Below, piece by piece: positions 31,533-41,495 of a DNA stretch of 64,000 bases. The position numbers and the translations under genes are program-made. The DNA is taken from contig JBFRWD010000102.1 of assembly GCA_051439425.1 (NCBI GenBank), positions 5,603-69,602 of the forward strand. The letters are read 5' to 3'. A model generated the notes under the pieces. The model made no database searches and had not been told where the DNA came from. It saw nothing but the letters and a program-made list of their open reading frames with translations. The number at the start of each line of letters is the position of its first letter. Position 1 is the first letter of the stretch. Source of the DNA: Synechococcus sp. (GTDB lineage: Bacteria > Cyanobacteriota > Cyanobacteriia > Thermostichales > PCC-7336).

Positions 31533-33584
31533 TGGCTGCTGCCGTGTGGGTTTCGGTGCGACATGGGCAGCATAATCGGCTTTAACGCGGTCAAATAGGG
31601 TGCGATCGCCGCCTTTCAATCCAACCACTTCGTACAGTTCAGTCTCGGCACTACGGCCTCTCAACTGCTGAGCCCCCAGGGGATTAACGTCGATCTCGTC
31701 CACCACCAAGTCATATACAGATTGGGTCACAATCAGGTCAGTCTTGTATTCCTTGGTCAACGATTCAACGCGACTCGCTACGTTAACCGCATCACCGATC
31801 GCCGTATATTCCAGCCGCTGGGGCGAGCCAATATTTCCGACCACAACGTCCCCAAAGTTAATCCCAATACCGTTAAACATCAGGGGTTTACCCTCTTTGG
31901 CCCATTCTGCTCGCAGATCTGCTAATGCCGATCGCATCGCAAGCGCCGCTTGAATCGCATTCAACGCATCTTGCTTGTGGCCAGAGCTAACGGGAGAGCC
32001 AAATTCCGCCATCACCGCATCCCCAATGAACTTGTCTACACATCCTTGGTGTCGGGTGATGGCATCCACCATCGTGCCCAAGTAACGATTCAGTTGGGGG
32101 ACGAGTTCTTCGGGGGGAAGCTGGCTGGAAATGGTGGTGAAGCCCCGAATGTCTGAGAAGAGCAGAGACACTTTCAGGCTCTTGCCGCGAAAGAGATCTT
32201 GCAGGCCCTTTTGTTGGTTGGAGATGATTTCGGCAGCGACCGGAGCAGAGACATAGCGTTCGAGGGTTGTTTGCATGCGCAGACGACCGAGGCGATCGGC
32301 GATCGCAATATTCACCGCATCCGCCATCCCTGAAAAAAACAGCGCCGCACCAGCCCATATGGTTACCGTAACAACCCAGCCAGAGAGAAATAGACCATAG
32401 GACAGCCCCACCCACACAGTGGTGGCAGCCAATGTTCCCAAGACCACGTATTTCGTGTTGGTGGGCCGCGTCACTAGCCAGCCTCCCCCCAACCCCACCA
32501 TCAAGATAGTTAGCATTTGCCAGGGGAGAGGCATAGTTTGCATCCACTGTCGCGTCTGCAGGTTAGCCAAGTTGGTGAGCACAATTTCCGGCCCCGGCAT
32601 CCGCCCCCAAGGAGTGGTGTGAATGTCTTGCAGAGCAGGACTGGTGGCTCCAATCAAGACAATTTTGTCGCGGAAGGTGGTGTCATCAATGTTGGCTGCG
32701 CGCAGTGCAGGAACCATCAATTGCGAATAGGAAATGTACTCCAGCGTTCTGAGTTCGCCGTAGTAGTAAGCCCAGTCCCCCGAACGACGGGGCAGTGATT
32801 GTCCAGCTGCCTGCAGGCCAGCTTCCGCCAGTGAGAGAAGCTCTCCCCCGCGTAAGTGGGGAATGTCTGGGGGTTGAAATGTCGTGGACAGGCGGTAGAT
32901 AACGCTATTGTCAGCGGGGACGACGTTGGTGTAGCCCACTCGAACGCCAGTATTGAGAAAGGTAGAAATAGGTAAGGTGACCCGGTTGATGGTGCCTTGG
33001 CGGAGATCGGCTTGAGGATAGTGACCTGCCAAAACGATGCGATCGCTATATTGCTCTAGAACTTCAGCAAAGGTGCGATCGTCGCGGGGACCGTAGGAGC
33101 TACCGGTGTTGAAGATAACATCGAAAATAACGGCTTCGGCGCCTGCATCCATTAGCAGTTCGACGGCTCGGGCATGAACTCTGCGGGGCCACGGCCAGGA
33201 GTCCATGGCTTTGAGGATAGGGGTTTCTTCTAGCTCCTCTGGCCACACTAGATCTGTGACAGTCAAGGCTTCGTCATCAATAGCCAGCAGCACCACATTG
33301 TCAGGCGGAGTTGTCTCTCCGCGCAGTCGCGTGAACAGTGACATCAACTCCAGTTCGTAGCGGGTGAGGGAGAGATTGTGGCGACTAGCTTGCAGGACAC
33401 GCCCTAGCCATGCAGGCTGTAAAGAAAGAACAAAATCACGGGAAGGCAGACTAATTAGCCACAAAAATAAGACGATACCGGTAGCTCCCGATATGGCCAG
33501 AAGTTGGCGGCGATTTCGCTTAGAGCGCAATCGAGTTGGAGAGCGGGCGAGGCTATCTCGTAAAGATTGCAGCGGGCTGAACAT
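31443..33584 (-). CDS. CHASE2-domain class III adenylyl cyclase
   Basis: CHASE2 (VVLLAIDD, WPWPRRVHA, VLIGATSPALQDIHTTPWG), TM helices, cyclase FSDIRGFT, DKFIGDAVM, EYTAIGDAVNVASRVE. Confidence 0.93.
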   Translation of the reverse strand: MFSPLQSLRDSLARSPTRLRSKRNRRQLLAISGATGIVLFLWLISLPSRDFVLSLQPAWLGRVLQASRHNLSLTRYELELMSLFTRLRGETTPPDNVVLLAIDDEALTVTDLVWPEELEETPILKAMDSWPWPRRVHARAVELLMDAGAEAVIFDVIFNTGSSYGPRDDRTFAEVLEQYSDRIVLAGHYPQADLRQGTINRVTLPISTFLNTGVRVGYTNVVPADNSVIYRLSTTFQPPDIPHLRGGELLSLAEAGLQAAGQSLPRRSGDWAYYYGELRTLEYISYSQLMVPALRAANIDDTTFRDKIVLIGATSPALQDIHTTPWGRMPGPEIVLTNLANLQTRQWMQTMPLPWQMLTILMVGLGGGWLVTRPTNTKYVVLGTLAATTVWVGLSYGLFLSGWVVTVTIWAGAALFFSGMADAVNIAIADRLGRLRMQTTLERYVSAPVAAEIISNQQKGLQDLFRGKSLKVSLLFSDIRGFTTISSQLPPEELVPQLNRYLGTMVDAITRHQGCVDKFIGDAVMAEFGSPVSSGHKQDALNAIQAALAMRSALADLRAEWAKEGKPLMFNGIGINFGDVVVGNIGSPQRLEYTAIGDAVNVASRVESLTKEYKTDLIVTQSVYDLVVDEIDVNPLGAQQLRGRSAETELYEVVGLKGGDRTLFDRVKADYAAHVAPKPTRQQPSVPNAGIDVSVEDIQQQTHRDHNRSEEYH

Positions 33585-33678
33585 GGTGTAAGAACCCGAA
33601 AAAAACTGCAGGAAAAGTATTTACTCGAATTAACAAGCTTACGAGCATCTCATCTTTGCTCCTCACTTGTTTGCTCGC

Positions 33679-34365
33679 TCAAATCAGTAGATCTTCTAAG
33701 TCGTCCATGCTGGGGATACAGATAATATCTCGATCACGATCGCGCTGTATCAACCCTTTTGTCTCCAACTTTCCCAAAATTCGGGTCACCGTCTCTCGTG
33801 CCAAACCGCTCAAACTCCCCAACTCTCTGTGGGGCAAATTGGGAATTTCCACCCCCGCCCGACTCACACGACCGCGAAACTCTGCCAAGAATAAAAGAAT
33901 ATCCACCACACGCGCATTGCTACCCGACTCCCGCAACTGCAACCGCCGATTAATCTGCCGCAACCGCCGCGAAATCAGCTGGGCCAACCGCACCCCACAG
34001 GCCGAGTCCGCCTCCAAAAAATCCACGAACGTCTTCGCCGGTAACAGCGCCACCTTCGCCTCTGTCAACGAAATCACATCCGTCGATCGCGGCGATTCAT
34101 CCAACGCCGCCATCTCCCCCACCACTTCCCCCGGGCCCAAAATGTTGAGCGTGACTTCCTTACCATCAATGTTGTAAGTGCGAATTTTTACCCACCCTTC
34201 CACCACAAAATAAACACTGCTGCCCCAGTCATCCTGCAAAATAATCGTCTGATTCTGGGGATGCTGGCGCACCGTCATCTGCTTGCCCAGATTGCCGAGC
34301 ACATCGGGAGAAAACCCCTCAAACAAGGGCATCAATCTCAACTCATCCGCAGACAGACCGGCCAT
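33679..34365 (-). CDS. Crp-family transcriptional regulator
   Basis: cNMP pocket GEMAALDESPRST; HTH HRELGSLSGLARETVTR. Confidence 0.93.
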   Translation of the reverse strand: MAGLSADELRLMPLFEGFSPDVLGNLGKQMTVRQHPQNQTIILQDDWGSSVYFVVEGWVKIRTYNIDGKEVTLNILGPGEVVGEMAALDESPRSTDVISLTEAKVALLPAKTFVDFLEADSACGVRLAQLISRRLRQINRRLQLRESGSNARVVDILLFLAEFRGRVSRAGVEIPNLPHRELGSLSGLARETVTRILGKLETKGLIQRDRDRDIICIPSMDDLEDLLI

Positions 34366-34419
34366 GAACTCACCAATGAACGAGCAATTTACTCTCGACA
34401 GTAACCAAATCAGCCTGTC

Positions 34420-35898
34420 CTAGCGACCAAAAATCTTAACGATCCCCGATCGCACCAGTTCAAACAGACTTGCCGTTTCCTCCAACTGCCGCTGCCGATC
34501 GCCATCTACAAGTGAGGTCGTTCGCGATCGCTCCGCAATCACCTGTGCAATTCGCTCTGCCATCTCCGGATTAGCATCCAACAACTGTTGAAACGCCTTG
34601 CGCTCGAACGCCAACAACTCCGTATCCTCCACCGCCATCACCGTGGCCGTCCGCACCTGGCCCGTCAACACTGCAATTTCGCCAAAATACTCTTCTGCTT
34701 TGAGGCGAGCCAACACCGGTCGCCCCGGCTTCAGCAGGACATGTACTTGACCGCTGAGAATGATGTAAAAGCGATCGCCCTCTTCCCCCGCTCGACACAC
34801 CATCTCCCCCACCGTATAGCGCAGCAACTGCCCGGAATTGAGAAAGTCCTTCTGCTGTTCGGGAGAACACATCTGCAAGAAATCCACAGCCTGTAACTTA
34901 GCCAATGCCCCTGCAGGCAGCTGCGATCGCCCATTCGGATGATGGCGGCGAATAATCGTATCGCGGATTGGAAACGGTACTGTAATCCCGGCTCGCTCTA
35001 GGGAGTACCACACCCGCTGGCGAATCTGACTTTGGATCCGTCGCTGTTCCCCCGGAAGGCGGCTCCAATACAAAACCTGGTAATTAATTGAGAAATCGGC
35101 ATAGTCCTTCACAATCACCGATACAGGAGGTTGCTGCAGCACACCGTCTACAGATTGGGCAGCTTGTTGCAACACCCGAATAATTTGACTGGGTGGAGTC
35201 TTGTATCCGAGGCCAAAATCGACCTGTTGGGCAAACGCTTTCTCGCGACTGAAATTGACCAACTTCGAACGGCCAATCGAGCTATTGGGAATCGAGATCG
35301 TTTCGCGATCGATAGTCCGAATCACCGTCGCTCGCCAATTCAACGACAACACCTCCCCCCGACACTCATCCACCGCAATCCAATCCCCCTGCAAAAACGG
35401 CGCATCCATTTGCAGGCCAATTCCTGCAAAGAAATTCGCCAGTGTTTCCTGCAGCGCAAAACCAATCACCACCGCTCCAACCGTCGAGATGGTGAAAATC
35501 CAGTTGAAAATCCCCCGCAAATCTACGCCGTCAAACAGGTTAGAAATCAGCAGCGCCAAAACAGTCGAGCTAATAAATACCTGAGTCAGGTCAAAGAAAA
35601 TGCGCGGAGGCGGGCGGTTGAGAGTGCGGCGGAGCGGCTCAATCGCACCCTGTACCATCAGCACGGAAACAATCACTCCAATCGCCACCGTCAGATAGGG
35701 ATAAAAACTCCCTAAAAATCTGGGAAACGCCAAGGACAGAGCCAACCACAACCAGATGGCCACCTGGCATAACATCAGCGGCACCCCAATCGCCTGATGC
35801 CAGCGGGGTAGCGATCGGTAAAGCTGGCGATTGAGCCACCATGTAGAACTCAGACCAACCGCCAAGACTATTGCTAAAATGCCAACGCTAATTGGCAT
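34420..35898 (-). CDS. MscS-family channel with C-terminal cyclic-nucleotide-binding domain
   Basis: GFALQETLANFFAGI, GDWI, IPNS, GITVPFP MscS motifs followed by YFGEIAVLTGQVRTATV cNMP motif. Confidence 0.92.
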   Translation of the reverse strand: MPISVGILAIVLAVGLSSTWWLNRQLYRSLPRWHQAIGVPLMLCQVAIWLWLALSLAFPRFLGSFYPYLTVAIGVIVSVLMVQGAIEPLRRTLNRPPPRIFFDLTQVFISSTVLALLISNLFDGVDLRGIFNWIFTISTVGAVVIGFALQETLANFFAGIGLQMDAPFLQGDWIAVDECRGEVLSLNWRATVIRTIDRETISIPNSSIGRSKLVNFSREKAFAQQVDFGLGYKTPPSQIIRVLQQAAQSVDGVLQQPPVSVIVKDYADFSINYQVLYWSRLPGEQRRIQSQIRQRVWYSLERAGITVPFPIRDTIIRRHHPNGRSQLPAGALAKLQAVDFLQMCSPEQQKDFLNSGQLLRYTVGEMVCRAGEEGDRFYIILSGQVHVLLKPGRPVLARLKAEEYFGEIAVLTGQVRTATVMAVEDTELLAFERKAFQQLLDANPEMAERIAQVIAERSRTTSLVDGDRQRQLEETASLFELVRSGIVKIFGR

Positions 35899-36112
35899 AC
35901 TCTTTCACCGAGTTAGTACCATCACCGGAATCATTCGTCATCCGGATTGCAATCCTCATTCGAAGATGTCTGCTGCCCTACTAGCACACCGACCTCGGGG
36001 GCTGCTGCTCCAGTTTTAGCGCAAGCCCGTTTCTCTGGCCGCTGTCCTCAATGAGTAAGTGAGACAATCGGTTGCATTGATTTCCGGACCCGTTATTTGT
36101 GAGGCTGACCGA

Positions 36113-37423
36113 ATGGTTTCTACTGCCCCCAGCTCAACTACTAGCTTTAGCTCAAATAGCATGATGCCCGTCGCAGACGCAGAACGGCTCGTCCTCGGCT
36201 GCGCCCAACCTCTTGGCACCGAATGGATTGAACTGGGTAGTGCCACCAGTCGTGTTCTGGCATCCGACCTACTGAGCCCGCACGATTTCCCTCCGGCCCC
36301 CACCTCCAGCATGGATGGCTACGGCGTCCGTCATGCCGACCTCACCAGCATCCCCTGCGACTTGTCCGTCATTGAAACCTTACCGGCAGGTACCGTCAGC
36401 CAAACAGCCCTCCAACCGGGCCAAGCAGCCAGATTATTCACCGGCTCCGAGCTGCCTCCAGGAGCTGACACAATTGTGATTCAGGAGGATACGCAGCGGA
36501 CAGGAAATACCGTCAAGGTGTTGGAAGCCTATCCGTTGGGCAAATTTGTCCGCCAGCAAGGGCAATTTTGTCAAGCAGGCGATCGCCTCATGGCCACCGG
36601 CCAGGTATTGGGGGCTCCCGAAATCGCCCTACTGGCAGCAGTACGCCACCTTAACCTGCAGGTGTACCGGCAGGCCAGAGTCGGGATTTTTTCCACCGGC
36701 GACGAGCTAGTCAGCCCGGAACAGCCACCCCAACCGGGTCAGGTTGTGGATTCCAACCAACCGGGATTGAGTGCGCTCGTTCGACAAGCGGGGGCCATTC
36801 CCCACCGGTTTGGCATTGTCAAAGATACCGAGTCGGGTGAGATTGCTGGCGGTAAAGGAGCCCTGAAACAGGCGATCGCAGCAGCTCTGGCCACGTGCGA
36901 TGTCATTCTCTCCAGTGGCGGCGTCTCAGTCGGAGACTACGACCACGTCGAATCAGTCTTGGAAGACTTAGGCGCCGATATTCTCATCCGCAAGGTTGCC
37001 ATCAAACCCGGAAAGCCATTCACATTCGCCACCTTCCCGAGAGCATCTGGCTCCCCTCAGCTATACTGCGGCTTACCCGGAAACCCCGTATCGGCAATGG
37101 TGTGTTTTTGGCGATTTGTCCTACCAGCATTGCACAAGCTCCACGGCCAGCAACCACCGTACTCACCCGGATTCACCACCGCGATCGCCCAGTCAGAACT
37201 ACGTGCTGGCGGTGTGCGAGAAACCTATTTGTGGGGTCGAGTGGCGATCGTTCGTAGGGGACACGAGAGCGGACAATTACACTTTTTCCCTGCCAACGAG
37301 CACGGCTCGGGCAATCTAGTTAACCTGGCGGGAACCAACGCTTTAGCCGTCTTGCCTGTCGGAACCCAGCGGGTTAACGCAGGAGCATCCGTCGCCATTT
37401 TGATGACAGCACCGCTGACATAA
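36113..37423 (+). CDS. moeA: Molybdopterin molybdotransferase MoeA
   Basis: SSMDGYGV, RLFTGSELP, STGDEL, VDSN, SSGGVSVGDYD, IKPGKP, LPGNPVS; start 36113 or 36158. Confidence 0.94.
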   Translation: MVSTAPSSTTSFSSNSMMPVADAERLVLGCAQPLGTEWIELGSATSRVLASDLLSPHDFPPAPTSSMDGYGVRHADLTSIPCDLSVIETLPAGTVSQTALQPGQAARLFTGSELPPGADTIVIQEDTQRTGNTVKVLEAYPLGKFVRQQGQFCQAGDRLMATGQVLGAPEIALLAAVRHLNLQVYRQARVGIFSTGDELVSPEQPPQPGQVVDSNQPGLSALVRQAGAIPHRFGIVKDTESGEIAGGKGALKQAIAAALATCDVILSSGGVSVGDYDHVESVLEDLGADILIRKVAIKPGKPFTFATFPRASGSPQLYCGLPGNPVSAMVCFWRFVLPALHKLHGQQPPYSPGFTTAIAQSELRAGGVRETYLWGRVAIVRRGHESGQLHFFPANEHGSGNLVNLAGTNALAVLPVGTQRVNAGASVAILMTAPLT

Positions 37424-37609
37424 GCATCGAATCTTTACATCGGCACCACATGCAGATACGTAGTGTAAAGTTGGGCTCCGCGAAAGTGCGGTTTTATCGG
37501 GCAACTTCATTAAGAAACTTGGGAAAGTTAGAAGCTGCACCGATCCACGCAGAAAGTATGTGAGCCTATAATCGGTGTACCTTTCCTTCTTACCGTGAGG
37601 GCCAACTGC

Positions 37610-38329
37610 ATGGAGTGGCATGCTAGCAACGCCGAACACCTAGCCTGCATCGATCGCCAAGTTGGGGATCACGGGCTGCCTCCCGCAATCTACGAGGTTG
37701 TACGACGAGCCATTCACGCTACAGCAGATTTCGATTACCTCCACAGCATTCATTTTTCTGAAAACGCCCTTAAGTTTGGAGCGGCTTCAGTCGCCGCCCG
37801 CACGACGATCGTTGTGGACGATCCGATGGTTCAGGTCGGCATCGTTCGCACTATTCAGGATACGTTTGCCAATCCCGTTTACTGTGGAGCAGAGACAATT
37901 ACCCGCCCCCAACGGGCCAAGTCCGAAGTGGCTTGGGGGGTCGAAACCCTCGCTCGTCGCTACCCCGAGGCTATTTTTGTCATCGGACAATCCGCCGAAG
38001 CCCTCTCCACTCTGGTGTCGCTGATTACAGCAGAAGAAGCAGCCCCTTCCCTCATCATCGCTGCGCCTCCTAGCTTCGATCCAATAGGCAAAGGTGGGCC
38101 TGAAGACGCAGCCAGCAAACTCAATCCCAAACAGCAACTAGCCCAATTGCAAGTACCGCATATCGTCACAACAGGTACAAAAGGTTCAGCCTGTGTAGCT
38201 GCAGCAATCTTAGATGGTCTACTCGACCTCACATGGCAAGCCTACGTTCGCAAAGCAGCTGCCAAGCGTCGTCATCAAGAGCAAAGTCAGAAGGTTCAGC
38301 CTACTGTGGGTGCAGCTGTGACGGCCTAG
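37610..38329 (+). CDS. Precorrin-8X methylmutase family protein (CobH/CbiC-like)
   Basis: MEWH start, RRAIHATADF, IFVIGQS, KGSACVAAAIL. Confidence 0.8.
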   Translation: MEWHASNAEHLACIDRQVGDHGLPPAIYEVVRRAIHATADFDYLHSIHFSENALKFGAASVAARTTIVVDDPMVQVGIVRTIQDTFANPVYCGAETITRPQRAKSEVAWGVETLARRYPEAIFVIGQSAEALSTLVSLITAEEAAPSLIIAAPPSFDPIGKGGPEDAASKLNPKQQLAQLQVPHIVTTGTKGSACVAAAILDGLLDLTWQAYVRKAAAKRRHQEQSQKVQPTVGAAVTA

Positions 38330-38606
38330 GGAGATGGTGAAACACTGAGGGGCTGGTGGTGTTTATAGGATCATTGGTCATTCGTAGGTGTTGGCTTACA
38401 GTTCTCAACGATCTGGCAAGTAAGCTAGCCTCACCAGTTGGCAGTGTTCAAGAGAGCAATCCAATAAACAGGTTAAGTATTGATAGCGAGAGAGGCCAGC
38501 AACCTCCTAAGCAAACGCCCCAAACCGATTCCACTTTCCCCTTAATCCCCATAATTATTGGACCCTTAGTTTTACTCTTAGGGCAGCCTGCCATGAGGAC
38601 AAGCAG

Positions 38607-38662
38607 TAATGACCAAGGACTAATAACCAAGGAGCAATGACTAATGACCAATGACCAAGAAC
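38607..38662 (+). repeat. STRR-like heptamer tandem repeat (8 units)
   Basis: TAATGAC CAAGGAC TAATAAC CAAGGAG CAATGAC TAATGAC CAATGAC CAAGAAC; complement of the cyanobacterial TT(G/T)GTCA repeat type. Confidence 0.8.
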
Positions 38663-38687
38663 TAACAATCACCCCATAACTCTCCCA

Positions 38688-39197
38688 ATGCCCCAAGCCC
38701 CCCTTCCTCCCCAAACGCTCACCCACATCACTCCCGATGGCCAAATCGCCATGGTCGACGTCTCCGACAAAGCGATTACGACTCGACAAGCAACTGCTGG
38801 CGGACAAGTGCGCATGCAGTCCGAGACTCTAGACGCAATTTTGGCAGGTAATGCACCAAAAGGAAGCGCGATCGAAACCGCTCGACTGGCTGGGATTATG
38901 GCAGCCAAACAAACCGCAAATTTAATACCGCTTTGCCATCCACTACCGCTGGGAAAAATCGCCGTCGAAATTACCCCCGACCCTCAATTGCCTGGATTAT
39001 CGATCGAAGCCACGGTCAAGACATCTGCACCCACCGGCGTTGAAATGGAGGCACTGACAGCAGTATCGGTAGCGGCTCTAACGCTATACGACATGGCCAA
39101 AGCATTGGAAAAGTCCATGCAGATTGAGAATATTCGTCTACTGAAAAAAAGCGGTGGCAAATCTGGCGATTACGACGTGCAGACACAGGGTGAATAA
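38688..39197 (+). CDS. moaC: Cyclic pyranopterin monophosphate synthase MoaC
   Basis: [49 protein letters not shown]. Confidence 0.96.
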   Translation: MPQAPLPPQTLTHITPDGQIAMVDVSDKAITTRQATAGGQVRMQSETLDAILAGNAPKGSAIETARLAGIMAAKQTANLIPLCHPLPLGKIAVEITPDPQLPGLSIEATVKTSAPTGVEMEALTAVSVAALTLYDMAKALEKSMQIENIRLLKKSGGKSGDYDVQTQGE

Positions 39198-39318
39198 CGG
39201 CGATCGCTCGATCCCTCAAGCCCACTGGCATGCAAATGCTATGCCCCCTCTCAACCAGAGTCCCCAGAACATATGCACGTCGCAATGCCTTTTATCCACA
39301 CACAAATTATCCATAAAC

Positions 39319-39344
39319 AAAAAGCGGGCCTCAGGCGGCCCGCT
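39319..39344 (-). terminator. Terminator downstream of ftsH
   Basis: AGCGGGCC / GGCCCGCT stem with an A5 run on the plus strand (U run on the minus strand). Confidence 0.8.
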
Positions 39345-39382
39345 CCAGCTATCTAAGTGAGTTAGCGCATGTCGAGATTGAC

Positions 39383-41278
39383 CTAGACACCCACGGGCTC
39401 CACTCCTGCCGGGTCTTGAGCAGGCGTGACATGGCTGGACTTAACTCGAGCGAGCAGAGTCTGTAACTCATCTCCCTCAATCACCTCTTGCTCCAGAATT
39501 TTCTGTGCAATTTCTTCCAGCAGATCGCGATTCTCCTTCAGGATAGACAGGGCCATTTGGTGTCCCCCTTCCACAATCCCTTTCACTTCTTCGTCGATCG
39601 CCTTCGCGGTATCGTCACTCACCATTCGGCGTGGATTACCCCCATCACCCAAGAAGCTATTGCCCTGGGGACGGTCGTAAGCCAACGGGCCAAGCACTTT
39701 GCTCATGCCGAAGCTAGTGACCATGCGCTCCGCTACATCTGTAGCTCGCTGCAAATCGTTCGAGGCACCTGTCGTCACGCTACCAAAGATGATCTCTTCG
39801 GCAGATCGCCCCCCCAAGAGAGTCGCAATTTGACCGCGCAGCTCGTTTTCGTCATTCAAGAACCGATCTTCAGTCGGCAACTGCAAAGTATAACCCAGCG
39901 CTGCCATTCCGCGAGGGACAATCGAAATCTTAGCCACTTCACTACCACCAGGAACCGCAGCTCCCACCAGCGCATGACCCACTTCGTGATAGGCCACAAT
40001 CGTTTTCTCGCGATCGTTCAACACCCGGCTCTTCTTCTCCAAGCCAGCGACTACTCGTTCGATCGCTTCGCCGAAGTCTGCTTGAGCAACAGTGGTGCGA
40101 TTATTGCGGGCGGCCAGCAGAGCAGCTTCATTGACCAAGTTGGCCAAGTCGGCCCCTGCAAATCCTGAGGTGCGTACAGCAATCGACTTCAGGTCAACCC
40201 CATCCCCCAATTTCACCTTACGGGCATAGATTTTAAGGATTTCCAGACGACCGGAGAGGTCGGGGCGATCGACGAGCACTTGGCGATCGAAGCGACCGGG
40301 CCGCAGCAGGGCTGGGTCAAGAGATTCGGGACGGTTAGTCGCAGCCAAAACGATCACGGTGTTATCCCCGGCCGAGAAGCCATCCATTTCGGTCAGCAAC
40401 TGGTTCAGAGTTTGCTCTCGCTCGTCATTACCGCCGACAAACCCACCACTGGCACGAGACTTACCAATGGCATCCAATTCGTCAATGAACACGATGCAGG
40501 GAGCTTGTTTCTTCGCTTGCTCGAACAAATCACGCACCCGAGCAGCACCAGCCCCCACAAATAATTCGACAAATTCAGAGCCGGAAATACTGAAGAAGGT
40601 TACTCCCGCTTCGCCAGCCACCGCTTTAGCCAACAGCGTCTTACCGGTACCGGGAGGGCCAACCAACAGAACGCCCTTAGGAATGCGGGCACCAATATTG
40701 GTGTATTTCTGGGAATCTTTCAAAAATTCGACAATCTCTTCCAGCTCGGCTTTCGCTTCTTCCACACCGGCCACGTCCGCAAATGTAGTGCGAGTCGATT
40801 CGCCTTCAACATAAACTTTGGCTTTGCTCTTGCTGATGGACAGAGCTCCTTGACCTCCTCCCATGCTACGACCCAAGAAAAACTGCCACACTGCCACAAA
40901 AATGAGAGGGGGAATCACCCAGCCCAAAATATTGGAGAACCAGCGATTTTGAGGGGGAGGAGCAGCAGCAAACTCGATGCCTTTTTCTTCCAAACGCTTG
41001 GGCAAGTCCAAGTCAAAGATAGGCGTGGTGGAATAGATTGCTTCGTCTTTATCTCCATCACTGACCTGGAACAGAATTTTCTCCTGCCCCACCTGCACCC
41101 GTTCCACCTGGCCATCTTCAACCTTGTCGATGAAAAAGCTATAGGGCACTCGGGGAGTCTGCTGACCAAAGAAGAGTGGGCCAACGGCATTCAGAAGCAG
41201 AATCGATCCGGCGATCGCCAACAAAATATTGCCGATGGTGCGGTTGCGCGAGTTGCGTGGTTTATCGTTAATTCCCAT
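39383..41278 (-). CDS. ftsH: ATP-dependent zinc metalloprotease FtsH (FtsH4 type)
   Basis: [27 protein letters not shown]; N-terminal [25 protein letters not shown] resembles FtsH4. Confidence 0.95.
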   Translation of the reverse strand: MGINDKPRNSRNRTIGNILLAIAGSILLLNAVGPLFFGQQTPRVPYSFFIDKVEDGQVERVQVGQEKILFQVSDGDKDEAIYSTTPIFDLDLPKRLEEKGIEFAAAPPPQNRWFSNILGWVIPPLIFVAVWQFFLGRSMGGGQGALSISKSKAKVYVEGESTRTTFADVAGVEEAKAELEEIVEFLKDSQKYTNIGARIPKGVLLVGPPGTGKTLLAKAVAGEAGVTFFSISGSEFVELFVGAGAARVRDLFEQAKKQAPCIVFIDELDAIGKSRASGGFVGGNDEREQTLNQLLTEMDGFSAGDNTVIVLAATNRPESLDPALLRPGRFDRQVLVDRPDLSGRLEILKIYARKVKLGDGVDLKSIAVRTSGFAGADLANLVNEAALLAARNNRTTVAQADFGEAIERVVAGLEKKSRVLNDREKTIVAYHEVGHALVGAAVPGGSEVAKISIVPRGMAALGYTLQLPTEDRFLNDENELRGQIATLLGGRSAEEIIFGSVTTGASNDLQRATDVAERMVTSFGMSKVLGPLAYDRPQGNSFLGDGGNPRRMVSDDTAKAIDEEVKGIVEGGHQMALSILKENRDLLEEIAQKILEQEVIEGDELQTLLARVKSSHVTPAQDPAGVEPVGV

Positions 41279-41371
41279 TTAGTTCATTCCCATTTCTGTA
41301 GACCTTTATGCGGCAATGGGTCAATCAAGACGGTCGTCCCGTTACCTCTTTAGGTTGGCACAGATTAGTTT

Positions 41372-41389
41372 TTTGTAAAACTTTGTAAC
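41372..41389 (-). promoter_or_regulatory. HLR1 (RpaB) site upstream of ftsH4
   Basis: Minus strand GTTACAAA-GT-TTTACAAA, a perfect match to the HLR1 consensus. Confidence 0.72.
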
Positions 41390-41495
41390 TTACGGAATAC
41401 CGATCCTTGCATTCATCAACAAACGCTACCCACAGCGTTATTTTTGCATTAAGGAAACCTTTTTCTCTACATGTTGAGGTACGGTCGGATTAACT

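Noticed and set aside
33585-36058. CRP box (TGTGA-N6-TCACA) around the cAMP cluster
   Set aside because: No convincing match found by eye in the intergenic segments; needs a PWM scan
37430-37585. Named Moco or cobalamin riboswitch before the cobH-like gene
   Set aside because: Consensus blocks (B12 box; Moco CCUAAG/UAUGG) are absent; kept only as an unnamed structure candidate
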